Shown here piece by piece: positions 57,061 to 64,000 of a stretch of 64,000 bases of DNA (position 1 is the first letter of the stretch; every line of letters starts with the position of its first letter). The DNA is from Gammaproteobacteria bacterium (GTDB lineage Bacteria > Pseudomonadota > Gammaproteobacteria > Eutrophobiales > Eutrophobiaceae): assembly GCA_963923955.1 (NCBI GenBank), contig OZ000552.1, forward strand, positions 2,182,061 through 2,246,060. The letters are read 5' to 3'. The position numbers and the translations under genes are program-made. A model generated the notes under the pieces. The model was not told the DNA's origin and did no database searches. It saw only the letters and a list, made by a program, of their open reading frames with translations.

Positions 57061-57085
57061 GACTATAAGCAGGGGTCGTGCCAAG
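57061..57085 (-). promoter_or_regulatory. putative sigma54 promoter of the porin-glnK-amtB-glnK operon
   Basis: Minus strand cTTGGCAC-gaccc-CTGCTt (TGGCAC-N5-CTGCT), about 40 nt upstream of the porin ATG. Confidence 0.4.
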
Positions 57086-57146
57086 TTTATTTAGTCATTA
57101 AAAATCATAGGCTTATGGAAGACAGGGGGATGGTGCCAAGCTAAAA

Positions 57147-57163
57147 TGCACAAGGAATGTGCG
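57147..57163. promoter_or_regulatory. possible NtrC binding site (TGCAC-N7-GTGCG dyad) upstream of the sigma54 promoter
   Basis: tgcacaaggaatgtgcg, 17 bp with NtrC-like half sites, about 75 bp upstream of the -24/-12 element. Confidence 0.3.
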
Positions 57164-57239
57164 ACATTGAGTTCACTATGTTCAGCTTTAGTGCAATAAT
57201 TGCCGCATCTTTCTTAAGAATAAACGGGACAAGATAAAG

Positions 57240-57497
57240 GTGAGTGCAAACCAGGAAAAGATCGATGATTTTATCGGGCAGTTCTCTCGATTGCTGCCCG
57301 ATGACCTGCGCCAGGCCGGGCAGGACATGGAAAAAAATCTACGCGCGGCGCTGAGCGCCACCTTCTCCCGCATGGACCTGGTTACCCGGGAAGAATTTGA
57401 TATTCAATCAGGCCTGCTCAGCCGTACCCGCCAGTTGGTGGAAGAACTGGAAGAGAAGATCACGGCGCTGGAGGCGAGACTGGATGAGAAAAATTAG
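57240..57497 (+). CDS. ubiK: ubiquinone biosynthesis accessory factor UbiK (YqiC/BMFP)
   Basis: 85 aa coiled-coil. LVTREEFDIQSGLLSRTRQLVEELEEKI matches the family core. Confidence 0.7.
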   Translation: MSANQEKIDDFIGQFSRLLPDDLRQAGQDMEKNLRAALSATFSRMDLVTREEFDIQSGLLSRTRQLVEELEEKITALEARLDEKN

Positions 57498-57581
57498 CAG
57501 CCGGCCTTGACGTAAAAAGCCATTCCCCACCTCATCTCAAACATCTTAATGGACTGCCATAGCGCATAAGGGAGCCTGCCT

Positions 57582-59105
57582 GTGGACGTCGCACTCGTAT
57601 ATAGCCGCGCCCTGGCCGGCATCCATTCGCCACTGGTCACCATCGAAGTCCATCTCTCGCGCGGGCTTCCCAGCCTCTCTATCGTCGGCCTGCCGGAGAC
57701 CGCGGTCAAGGAGAGCAAGGAGAGGGTGCGCAGCGCCATATTGAATAACCACTTCGAGTTTCCACTGCGCCGCATCACCATCAACTTAGCCCCGGCGGAC
57801 TTGCCCAAAGAAGGCGGCCGTTTTGACTTAGCCATCGCGCTGGGCATACTCGTTGCTTCCGGACAGCTCTCAGGCGAGGCGCTTGATTCTTATGAATTCA
57901 TCGGCGAGCTTGCCCTAACCGGCGCGCTCCGGGCCGTGCGCGGCGCGTTGCCGACCGCCAAATCCGCGCACGCGGCACAGCGGAAACTCATTCTGCCCAA
58001 GGCCAACGCCGCGGAGGCCGGGCTGATCGGCCGGCTCGTGGTTTATCCGGCCGAGCACCTGCTTGATGTCTGCGCCCACCTAAACGGCAACACGGCCCTG
58101 GATGAATACAAGGCCTCGCCGGCCAACGCGGCGCGCCGGCACACGCAGGCCAATCTCTCGGATATTCGCGGACAGCACCAGGCAAAGCGCGCATTAGAAA
58201 TCGCCGCCGCAGGCCAGCATAACCTGCTGATGATCGGCCCACCCGGCTCCGGCAAGACCATGCTGGCCGAGCGCTTAGCCGGCATCCTCCCGCCCATGTC
58301 GGAGGCACAGGCGCTGGAGAGCGCTGCCATTAAATCCATCAGCAGCCACGGCTTTGACCCGGCATGTTGGTCTGCGCGTCCGGTGCGCGCACCGCACCAC
58401 ACTACTTCTGCCATCGCCCTGGTGGGCGGCGGCAGTCATCCGCGTCCGGGGGAGATATCCCTGGCCCACAACGGCGTGCTGTTCTTAGATGAGCTGCCTG
58501 AATTTGAACGCCGGGTGCTGGAAGTGCTGCGTGAGCCATTAGAATCCGGCCGCGTCATCATCTCGCGCGCTGCTTATCAGGCTGAGTTCCCCGCCGGCTT
58601 TCAGTTGATCGCGGCGATGAACCCCTGCCCCTGCGGGTATCTGGGCGATGCAAGCAATCGTTGTCAATGCAGCTATGAGCAGATCCGCCGCTATCGCGCC
58701 CGCATCTCCGGGCCCTTGCTGGACCGGATAGACCTGCACATCGAAGTGCCTAATATGCCGAAGGAAATACTGCGAAAAAACGAGCCTGGGAGTATTGAAT
58801 CCAGCGCCCTGGTGCAGCGCCGGGTGATAGCGAGTTATGAACGCCAGCTGCGGCGTCACGGCAAGGCCAACAGCAAGCTGAGCAACCGCGAGATCGAACA
58901 ACACTGCAAATTGGCAAGCGAGCAGATCGCGCTGTTGGAGCAGGCCATCACGCAACTTGGCTTATCAGCGCGCGCCATGCAGCGTATCATCAAGGTCGCC
59001 AGGACGATTGCTGATCTGGATGAGAGCGAACACATTGCCACCGCACATCTCACCGAGGCCATCGGCTATCGCCGCCTGGAACGCAATAAGCTGTTGCCAA
59101 CTTGA
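57582..59105 (+). CDS. comM: YifB/ComM family Mg-chelatase-like AAA+ ATPase
   Basis: Lon-protease-like N-domain. Walker A GPPGSGKT, Walker B LFLDELPEF and C-terminal helical domain. Confidence 0.9.
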   Translation: MDVALVYSRALAGIHSPLVTIEVHLSRGLPSLSIVGLPETAVKESKERVRSAILNNHFEFPLRRITINLAPADLPKEGGRFDLAIALGILVASGQLSGEALDSYEFIGELALTGALRAVRGALPTAKSAHAAQRKLILPKANAAEAGLIGRLVVYPAEHLLDVCAHLNGNTALDEYKASPANAARRHTQANLSDIRGQHQAKRALEIAAAGQHNLLMIGPPGSGKTMLAERLAGILPPMSEAQALESAAIKSISSHGFDPACWSARPVRAPHHTTSAIALVGGGSHPRPGEISLAHNGVLFLDELPEFERRVLEVLREPLESGRVIISRAAYQAEFPAGFQLIAAMNPCPCGYLGDASNRCQCSYEQIRRYRARISGPLLDRIDLHIEVPNMPKEILRKNEPGSIESSALVQRRVIASYERQLRRHGKANSKLSNREIEQHCKLASEQIALLEQAITQLGLSARAMQRIIKVARTIADLDESEHIATAHLTEAIGYRRLERNKLLPT

Positions 59106-59159
59106 CGCCGATGACTTGCACGGCTTGCGCCGCAGGGCGCAATCAGGTGAAATAGGCCC

Positions 59160-59555
59160 ATGCCGGATAAAGACGAATATTATGTGCACGTTGCCGTGGA
59201 GACCGCCTACATCGCGGAGCAGTCCATCCCGGCCCAAGACCATCACGAGGGCCGCTATGTCTTTGCCTATACGATCACCATTACCAACAAGGGCGCGGTG
59301 GCGGCGCGGCTGTTGAGCCGCCACTGGATCATCACCGATGCCAACAACAAGGTGCAGGAGGTGCAGGGAGAAGGCGTGATCGGCGAACAACCGCACCTGC
59401 ATCCGGGCGAGTATTTTCGCTACACCAGCGGGGCGATTCTGGAGACGCCGGTCGGCTGTATGGAAGGGCGCTACTTCATGCTCGCCGATGATGGGGTGGA
59501 ATTTGAAACGCCTATCCCGGCCTTTAGCCTGTCCACCCCGGGCACGCTGCATTAA
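59160..59555 (+). CDS. apaG: ApaG (DUF525) protein
   Basis: 131 aa. [13 protein letters not shown]...GEYFRYTSG conserved blocks. Upstream of apaH as in E. coli. Confidence 0.85.
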   Translation: MPDKDEYYVHVAVETAYIAEQSIPAQDHHEGRYVFAYTITITNKGAVAARLLSRHWIITDANNKVQEVQGEGVIGEQPHLHPGEYFRYTSGAILETPVGCMEGRYFMLADDGVEFETPIPAFSLSTPGTLH

Positions 59556-59564
59556 TCTCGCTCT

Positions 59565-60413
59565 ATGGCGACCTATGCGATCGGCGATCTGCAGGGCTGC
59601 TATGAGGAGCTTATCGATCTTCTGGATAAGATAAACTTTGATGCGGCCAAGGACCAGTTATGTTTCGTGGGCGATCTGGTAAACCGCGGCCCGCATTCCC
59701 TAAAGACCCTGCGCTTCGTGCATGCACTGGGCGCAAATGCCGTCACCGTGCTCGGCAACCATGATCTGCACCTGCTCGCCATCGCCGCGGGGCAGGAAAA
59801 ATACATGCACACCGGCGATACGCTGGCGGAAATATTGGATGCGCCGGATAAAGACGCCCTGCTCAGTTGGTTAGGCCGACAGGCCCTGGTTTATCAACAC
59901 GAAGAGCTCAAATTTACGCTGGTACATGCCGGCCTGCCGCCGCAGTGGGAAGTGGGCCAGGCGCGCGAATATGCACGGGAAGTAGAAATGGCTTTGACTG
60001 CTGATAACCACAAAGAATACTTTGCGCACATGTACGGCAGGCAACCGGCGCAATGGTCGGAGCGGCTGGACGGATGGGGGCGGCTGCGTTTCATCACCAA
60101 CTGCCTGACCCGTCTGCGCTATTGCGATGCCACGGGCCGGCTTGATTTTAAGGAAAAGCTGGCCCCGGGCCGCCAAGCAGCGGGCCTCTTTCCCTGGTTT
60201 GAGTTAGAACAACGCGCAAGCCGACATGACAAAATCATCTTCGGCCACTGGGCTTCCCTGCGTGAGTATAAATTCGATTACAAGGCCTTCAATGTCTATC
60301 CGACTGATAGGGGATGCGTATGGGGCGGGAGCCTGGCGGCGCTTCGATTGGAAGATGAAAGATTTTTTAGCGTGGCTTCCAGACAAGGGATCCGTCTTGC
60401 CGCGCACAGCTAG
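59565..60413 (+). CDS. apaH: bis(5'-nucleosyl)-tetraphosphatase (symmetrical)
   Basis: MATYAIGDLQGCYEEL...GDLVNRGP...GNHD metallophosphatase motifs. Confidence 0.9.
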   Translation: MATYAIGDLQGCYEELIDLLDKINFDAAKDQLCFVGDLVNRGPHSLKTLRFVHALGANAVTVLGNHDLHLLAIAAGQEKYMHTGDTLAEILDAPDKDALLSWLGRQALVYQHEELKFTLVHAGLPPQWEVGQAREYAREVEMALTADNHKEYFAHMYGRQPAQWSERLDGWGRLRFITNCLTRLRYCDATGRLDFKEKLAPGRQAAGLFPWFELEQRASRHDKIIFGHWASLREYKFDYKAFNVYPTDRGCVWGGSLAALRLEDERFFSVASRQGIRLAAHS

Positions 60414-60525
60414 GCGCAAGGAAACGCTGAACCAAGTCCGCCCGGGGCCTGTCTTAGATGTCGTATAGTCAATGCTGTTTTTATCGCTATACTTACATGC
60501 CCAAATTTATGCTTATCAAAATCTT

Positions 60526-62112
60526 ATGAACATAAATAATAAATGCTCACGCCGTGATTTCGTACAGTTTATCGGCGGCCTATCCGCCGCTGCCCTGCTG
60601 CCTGCCGGCTCGCTTGGCGCATCGGCCGGGCCGCACAAACAAATCAAGGCGATACGACCCAGCAGCGCAGATGAGCTTATCCTCGCCGATGGTCTGGACT
60701 ATGAAATGCTGATCTCCTGGGGCGAGACCATCAACGCACAGGGACAGCGCTTTGGCTTTAACAATGACTACCTGGATTTCATCACCATCAATAACAATCC
60801 GGATGATTGTCTGCTCTGGGTCAACCATGAATCAATCGCCTTGGGCTACTTCCCCACACCGACCAGGCCGGAAGAAAAATTACAGGCAGATGTTGAGACC
60901 GAGGCGCGCGAGGTGGGCGGCAGCATCCTGAGAATGAAAAGGCTCCAGGGCCAATGGCGGATCATAAAAGATGACGCCCTGAACCGCCGCATTGATGCGC
61001 TGACGCCCATCCCCCTGATCGCCGCTGGCCCCATTGCCGGCACTACAACAGCACAAGGCACCCTTGCCAACTGCGCCGGCGGCCGCACGCCCTGGGACAC
61101 CTTCCTAAGCTGTGAAGAGAATTATCATTACTATGTAGGGGAAGTTGACTTCAGCAGCGATAGCCGCCGTTTCTCCAAGCCGCCCACCGTCGGTTGGGAG
61201 CGCTTTTTTGACATGCCTCCCGAGCACTACGGCTGGGTGGTCGAGGTCGATCCCTTTAGCGGTGCGGCCAAAAAGCATACGTCCATGGGCCGCTTCGCCC
61301 ATGAATCCGCCACTGTCGTTGTCGCCGAAGATGGGCGCTGTGTTGTTTATAGCGGCGATGACAAGACCGATGAGCGCATCTACAAGTTCATCGCTGATAG
61401 GCCCGGGAGCCTGGAGACAGGCATACTTTATGTCGCCGATACCAATCAAGGCAGATGGCTGCCGCTTGATATAGAGCAGAACCGGAAACTAAAAGGTCAT
61501 TTTCCCAGCCAGCTTGATCTGCTTATCCGTACCCGTGAAGCCGCAAGGCTCGCCGGCGGCACACCCCAGGACCGGCCGGAAGACATCGAACGAGACCCGC
61601 GCTCCGGCGCTGTATTCGTTACGCTGACAAAAAACACACGAGCCGGGCGGCCCTTCGGCTCGATCCTCAAGCTAGAAGAAGACCACAACGATCCACTGGC
61701 ACTGAACTTTACAGCATCCACCTTCCTAACCGGGGGCGAGCAGACCGGCTTTGCCTGCCCGGACAACCTCGCCTTTGATAAGCAGGGCAATCTCTGGTTC
61801 ACCTCAGACATTGCAACCGAGCAACTGAACCTGCCGCCCTATGCCGCATTCAAAAACAACGGCCTGTTTTTCGTGCCCATGTCCGGCGTTGAGGCAGGTC
61901 GGGTGATACAGCTGGCCTCAGCGCCGGTGCAGGCAGAGTTTACCGGCATACGTTTTTCTGATGACGGGCATAGCCTGTTCGTCTCGGTGCAACACCCGGG
62001 CGAGAATTCCGCCGACCGAGCCAGGCTTGACAGCCATTGGCCTGATGGCGGCAATGCCCTGCCAAGACCGAGCGTGGTCGTCATAAGCGGCGAATTCCTT
62101 AAAACGACATAG
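60526..62112 (+). CDS. phoX: PhoX-family alkaline phosphatase (DUF839), Tat-secreted
   Basis: Twin-arginine signal SRRDFVQFIGGLSAAALL. Beta-propeller-like repeats with conserved CEEN/NPD blocks. Confidence 0.8.
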   Translation: MNINNKCSRRDFVQFIGGLSAAALLPAGSLGASAGPHKQIKAIRPSSADELILADGLDYEMLISWGETINAQGQRFGFNNDYLDFITINNNPDDCLLWVNHESIALGYFPTPTRPEEKLQADVETEAREVGGSILRMKRLQGQWRIIKDDALNRRIDALTPIPLIAAGPIAGTTTAQGTLANCAGGRTPWDTFLSCEENYHYYVGEVDFSSDSRRFSKPPTVGWERFFDMPPEHYGWVVEVDPFSGAAKKHTSMGRFAHESATVVVAEDGRCVVYSGDDKTDERIYKFIADRPGSLETGILYVADTNQGRWLPLDIEQNRKLKGHFPSQLDLLIRTREAARLAGGTPQDRPEDIERDPRSGAVFVTLTKNTRAGRPFGSILKLEEDHNDPLALNFTASTFLTGGEQTGFACPDNLAFDKQGNLWFTSDIATEQLNLPPYAAFKNNGLFFVPMSGVEAGRVIQLASAPVQAEFTGIRFSDDGHSLFVSVQHPGENSADRARLDSHWPDGGNALPRPSVVVISGEFLKTT

Positions 62113-62218
62113 CACTTTGAAGGCTTGATTTGGAAGGAAGATCTTAAGAAAGGGATTTTTCGCGCCTCTTCACAACTGTTACGCAGGGAATGGCGGGGGC
62201 GGCGAGCGCCCACCCGCC

Positions 62219-62809
62219 TCAACAGCCCTTGTAGTTCCTCTCCACGCACTCGCGGGCCAGTTGCTGGGCGGTAGTAATATCGGCGGGCCTCATCTCCTCG
62301 GCGAGCAAGTCCCTGTTTTCTGCAGCCAGCTCGTGGCCCTGTGCTGCGGCCAGGTTATACCACAGATGGGCGCGGATATAGTCTTGCGGTACGCCTCGCC
62401 CCTTGTCATACATAAACCCCAGATTGTTTTGGGCACCGGCATCGCCCTGCTCGGCCGCCAGTTGCCACCACTTCGCAGCCATCCGATAATTCCGCGCCAC
62501 GCCCTGCCCCTCGTCATACATCACTCCCAGATTGTGCTGGGCATGGTCATTGCCCTGCTCGGCCGCTCGCCGATACCACTTCACGGCTTCCTTGTCATCC
62601 TGCACCACGCCTAGCCCCTGGTCATACATCACCCCCAGACTGTTTTGGGCAGCGGCAAGGCCCTGCTCGGCCAGGGCTTGCCATTCACGCAGGGCGGTGG
62701 CGTAGTCGCCGCGCTCATAGGCTGCCATGCCCTTTTCAAAATCCGCCGCCGGGGCGGCAAGGGCAGTGAGGCAAAGCAGAATGGGAAGAAGGTTTCTCGT
62801 TTGTTTCAT
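62219..62809 (-). CDS. Sel1-repeat (SLR/TPR-like) secreted protein
   Basis: Signal peptide, then four to five Sel1 repeats (AQNxLGxMYxxGxGV...A..WY..AA.QG). Confidence 0.7.
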   Translation of the reverse strand: MKQTRNLLPILLCLTALAAPAADFEKGMAAYERGDYATALREWQALAEQGLAAAQNSLGVMYDQGLGVVQDDKEAVKWYRRAAEQGNDHAQHNLGVMYDEGQGVARNYRMAAKWWQLAAEQGDAGAQNNLGFMYDKGRGVPQDYIRAHLWYNLAAAQGHELAAENRDLLAEEMRPADITTAQQLARECVERNYKGC

Positions 62810-62882
62810 AGGTAAGCGGCTCCGTTGTTTCGCGCCATCATACAGCAAGGCCCTTTAGTGGGCAAAGGCCCGATGCGCGCGC

Positions 62883-64000
62883 TCATGTTGAGGCTTCCTT
62901 AACATAATCCCACTCCCGCCAGCCCTTTAACAAGGGAAAATACAGACCCAGTTTGATGGGTCTGTCTTCCATCGCGCTCAGTAGCGCCGCGTATTTTTCT
63001 AACTGGTCTTGATAACGTGCGCGCTCCTGATCCAGGAAGGCTTGTGTATCTCCGCCCTCGTGACGACCGGTCTTGTAATCGATAATCCAGCGGGTGCCGT
63101 CCTGATCGACAAAGGTTCTATCGATGATGACCTTGACCAGCCGGCCTTGATGCAAGCCGCTAAGGGCATATTCATTGATCCGCTCCTGATGCTCATTGGA
63201 TAACAACCACCTGCCTCTTGCATCTGCAAGCAGGTTTATCAGCGCCTGCGCCACGCGCGCACTCGCCCCGTGAAGCGCAGCATCGACAACCCCGAGCCGC
63301 CGTAATGCCAGCGCATAATGCGCCATCCGGGCCTTGACCCGTTGTGGGTTCCAGCTGTCAATACCTTGTTCGGCAAATAACTGGATATAGCGATGTACGA
63401 CGGAGCCGACATGCCGGATGGTCTCGCTCGCCCAGGCAAATTCAATGCCCTCCATTGCGTCCGCCTGCACAGACAGGCCGGTCGCGCTCAGCCTGTCATC
63501 CTGCGCCCGCACCGGATCAGGGGCGGCGGGTAATTGCCATGTCTGCGCAAGCCGCCGCATACTCTTGGAAGGCAAAAGCGCGGGCCTTGCAACTTCCGCC
63601 GCATCTTCATCGGCGCTTAACAGATCCACCAAGCCGTCTTTCACGAGCGGCCACAACTGCGCCAGCAGGCTATTGTAAGGCGGCGCGGCCGGCTGTAATC
63701 CCTGTTCTGTGTGTTGCGGCTTGATGGTGTGGAGGAGATGCAATTTTCTCTTCGCCCGTGTTGCGGCGACATACAGCAGACGCCCCTCTTCATAGCGCTG
63801 TTTTTCATTTTCAAGCTGCCGTAGATAGCGATATATGGGCGGCAGCGCGCTCTCACCTGCCGCCTTTATCGGCGCCAGCAGCAGGGCCTGGCGTGCAGGC
63901 CGCGGCAGTTCCATCCACAGCAATAGCTCGGTCTTATCGGTAGCGCTGCCCCGGCATAGACCGGGCAAGATGACTGTATCAAACTCCAGCCCCTTGGCCT
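62883..64000 (-). CDS. C-terminal part of a UvrD-like helicase/PD-(D/E)xK nuclease fusion protein (N-terminus beyond window)
   Basis: LLYVAATRAKRKLHL (helicase motif VI) followed by a RecB-like nuclease block (WIIDYKTG). The reading frame continues to the window edge. Confidence 0.55.
   Translation of the reverse strand, partial: AKGLEFDTVILPGLCRGSATDKTELLLWMELPRPARQALLLAPIKAAGESALPPIYRYLRQLENEKQRYEEGRLLYVAATRAKRKLHLLHTIKPQHTEQGLQPAAPPYNSLLAQLWPLVKDGLVDLLSADEDAAEVARPALLPSKSMRRLAQTWQLPAAPDPVRAQDDRLSATGLSVQADAMEGIEFAWASETIRHVGSVVHRYIQLFAEQGIDSWNPQRVKARMAHYALALRRLGVVDAALHGASARVAQALINLLADARGRWLLSNEHQERINEYALSGLHQGRLVKVIIDRTFVDQDGTRWIIDYKTGRHEGGDTQAFLDQERARYQDQLEKYAALLSAMEDRPIKLGLYFPLLKGWREWDYVKEAST

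Overview
Moderately GC-rich proteobacterial chromosome segment (gamma/beta-like gene order), dominated by conserved housekeeping genes on both strands: lgt (partial), lipoprotein, pssA, psd-like, ilvC, ilvH, ilvI, proS, acyP, yihY, wrbA, hda, DUF2066, purM, trmJ, suhB, sucCD, fused MFS/spermidine synthase, nadE, bamD, rluD, pgeF, gdh, clpB, pilBCD-coaE, aroE, dctQM, glnK-amtB-glnK, ubiK, comM, apaGH, phoX. Accessory or unusual content sits in four places. (i) A decayed about 4 kb island between proS and acyP holds a hydantoinase remnant, a frameshifted N-carbamoyl amidohydrolase, an IS1595-family transposase fragment, two GT2 glycosyltransferases separated by a 29-nt poly-G tract, and an NCS1 permease remnant. 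(ii) A same-strand type IV pilin locus reads PP0621-like, pilS, pilR, four tandem small tail-anchored proteins, pilin (sigma54 promoter, strong terminator), three tandem DUF1640-like small proteins, a GT-C/TPR glycosyltransferase, an ArnC-like GT2 and a frameshifted DUF354 gene. This is the most likely candidate for a novel pilin-associated system (pilin glycosylation plus diversifying small-protein cassettes). (iii) Three copies of a mosaic dRS3/NIME-like palindromic repeat family (ATTCCY-N8-10-RGGAAT units). (iv) A putative NtrC/sigma54-driven operon encoding a TorF-like porin, a P-II protein, AmtB and a second P-II. No rRNA, tRNA or CRISPR was recognised.
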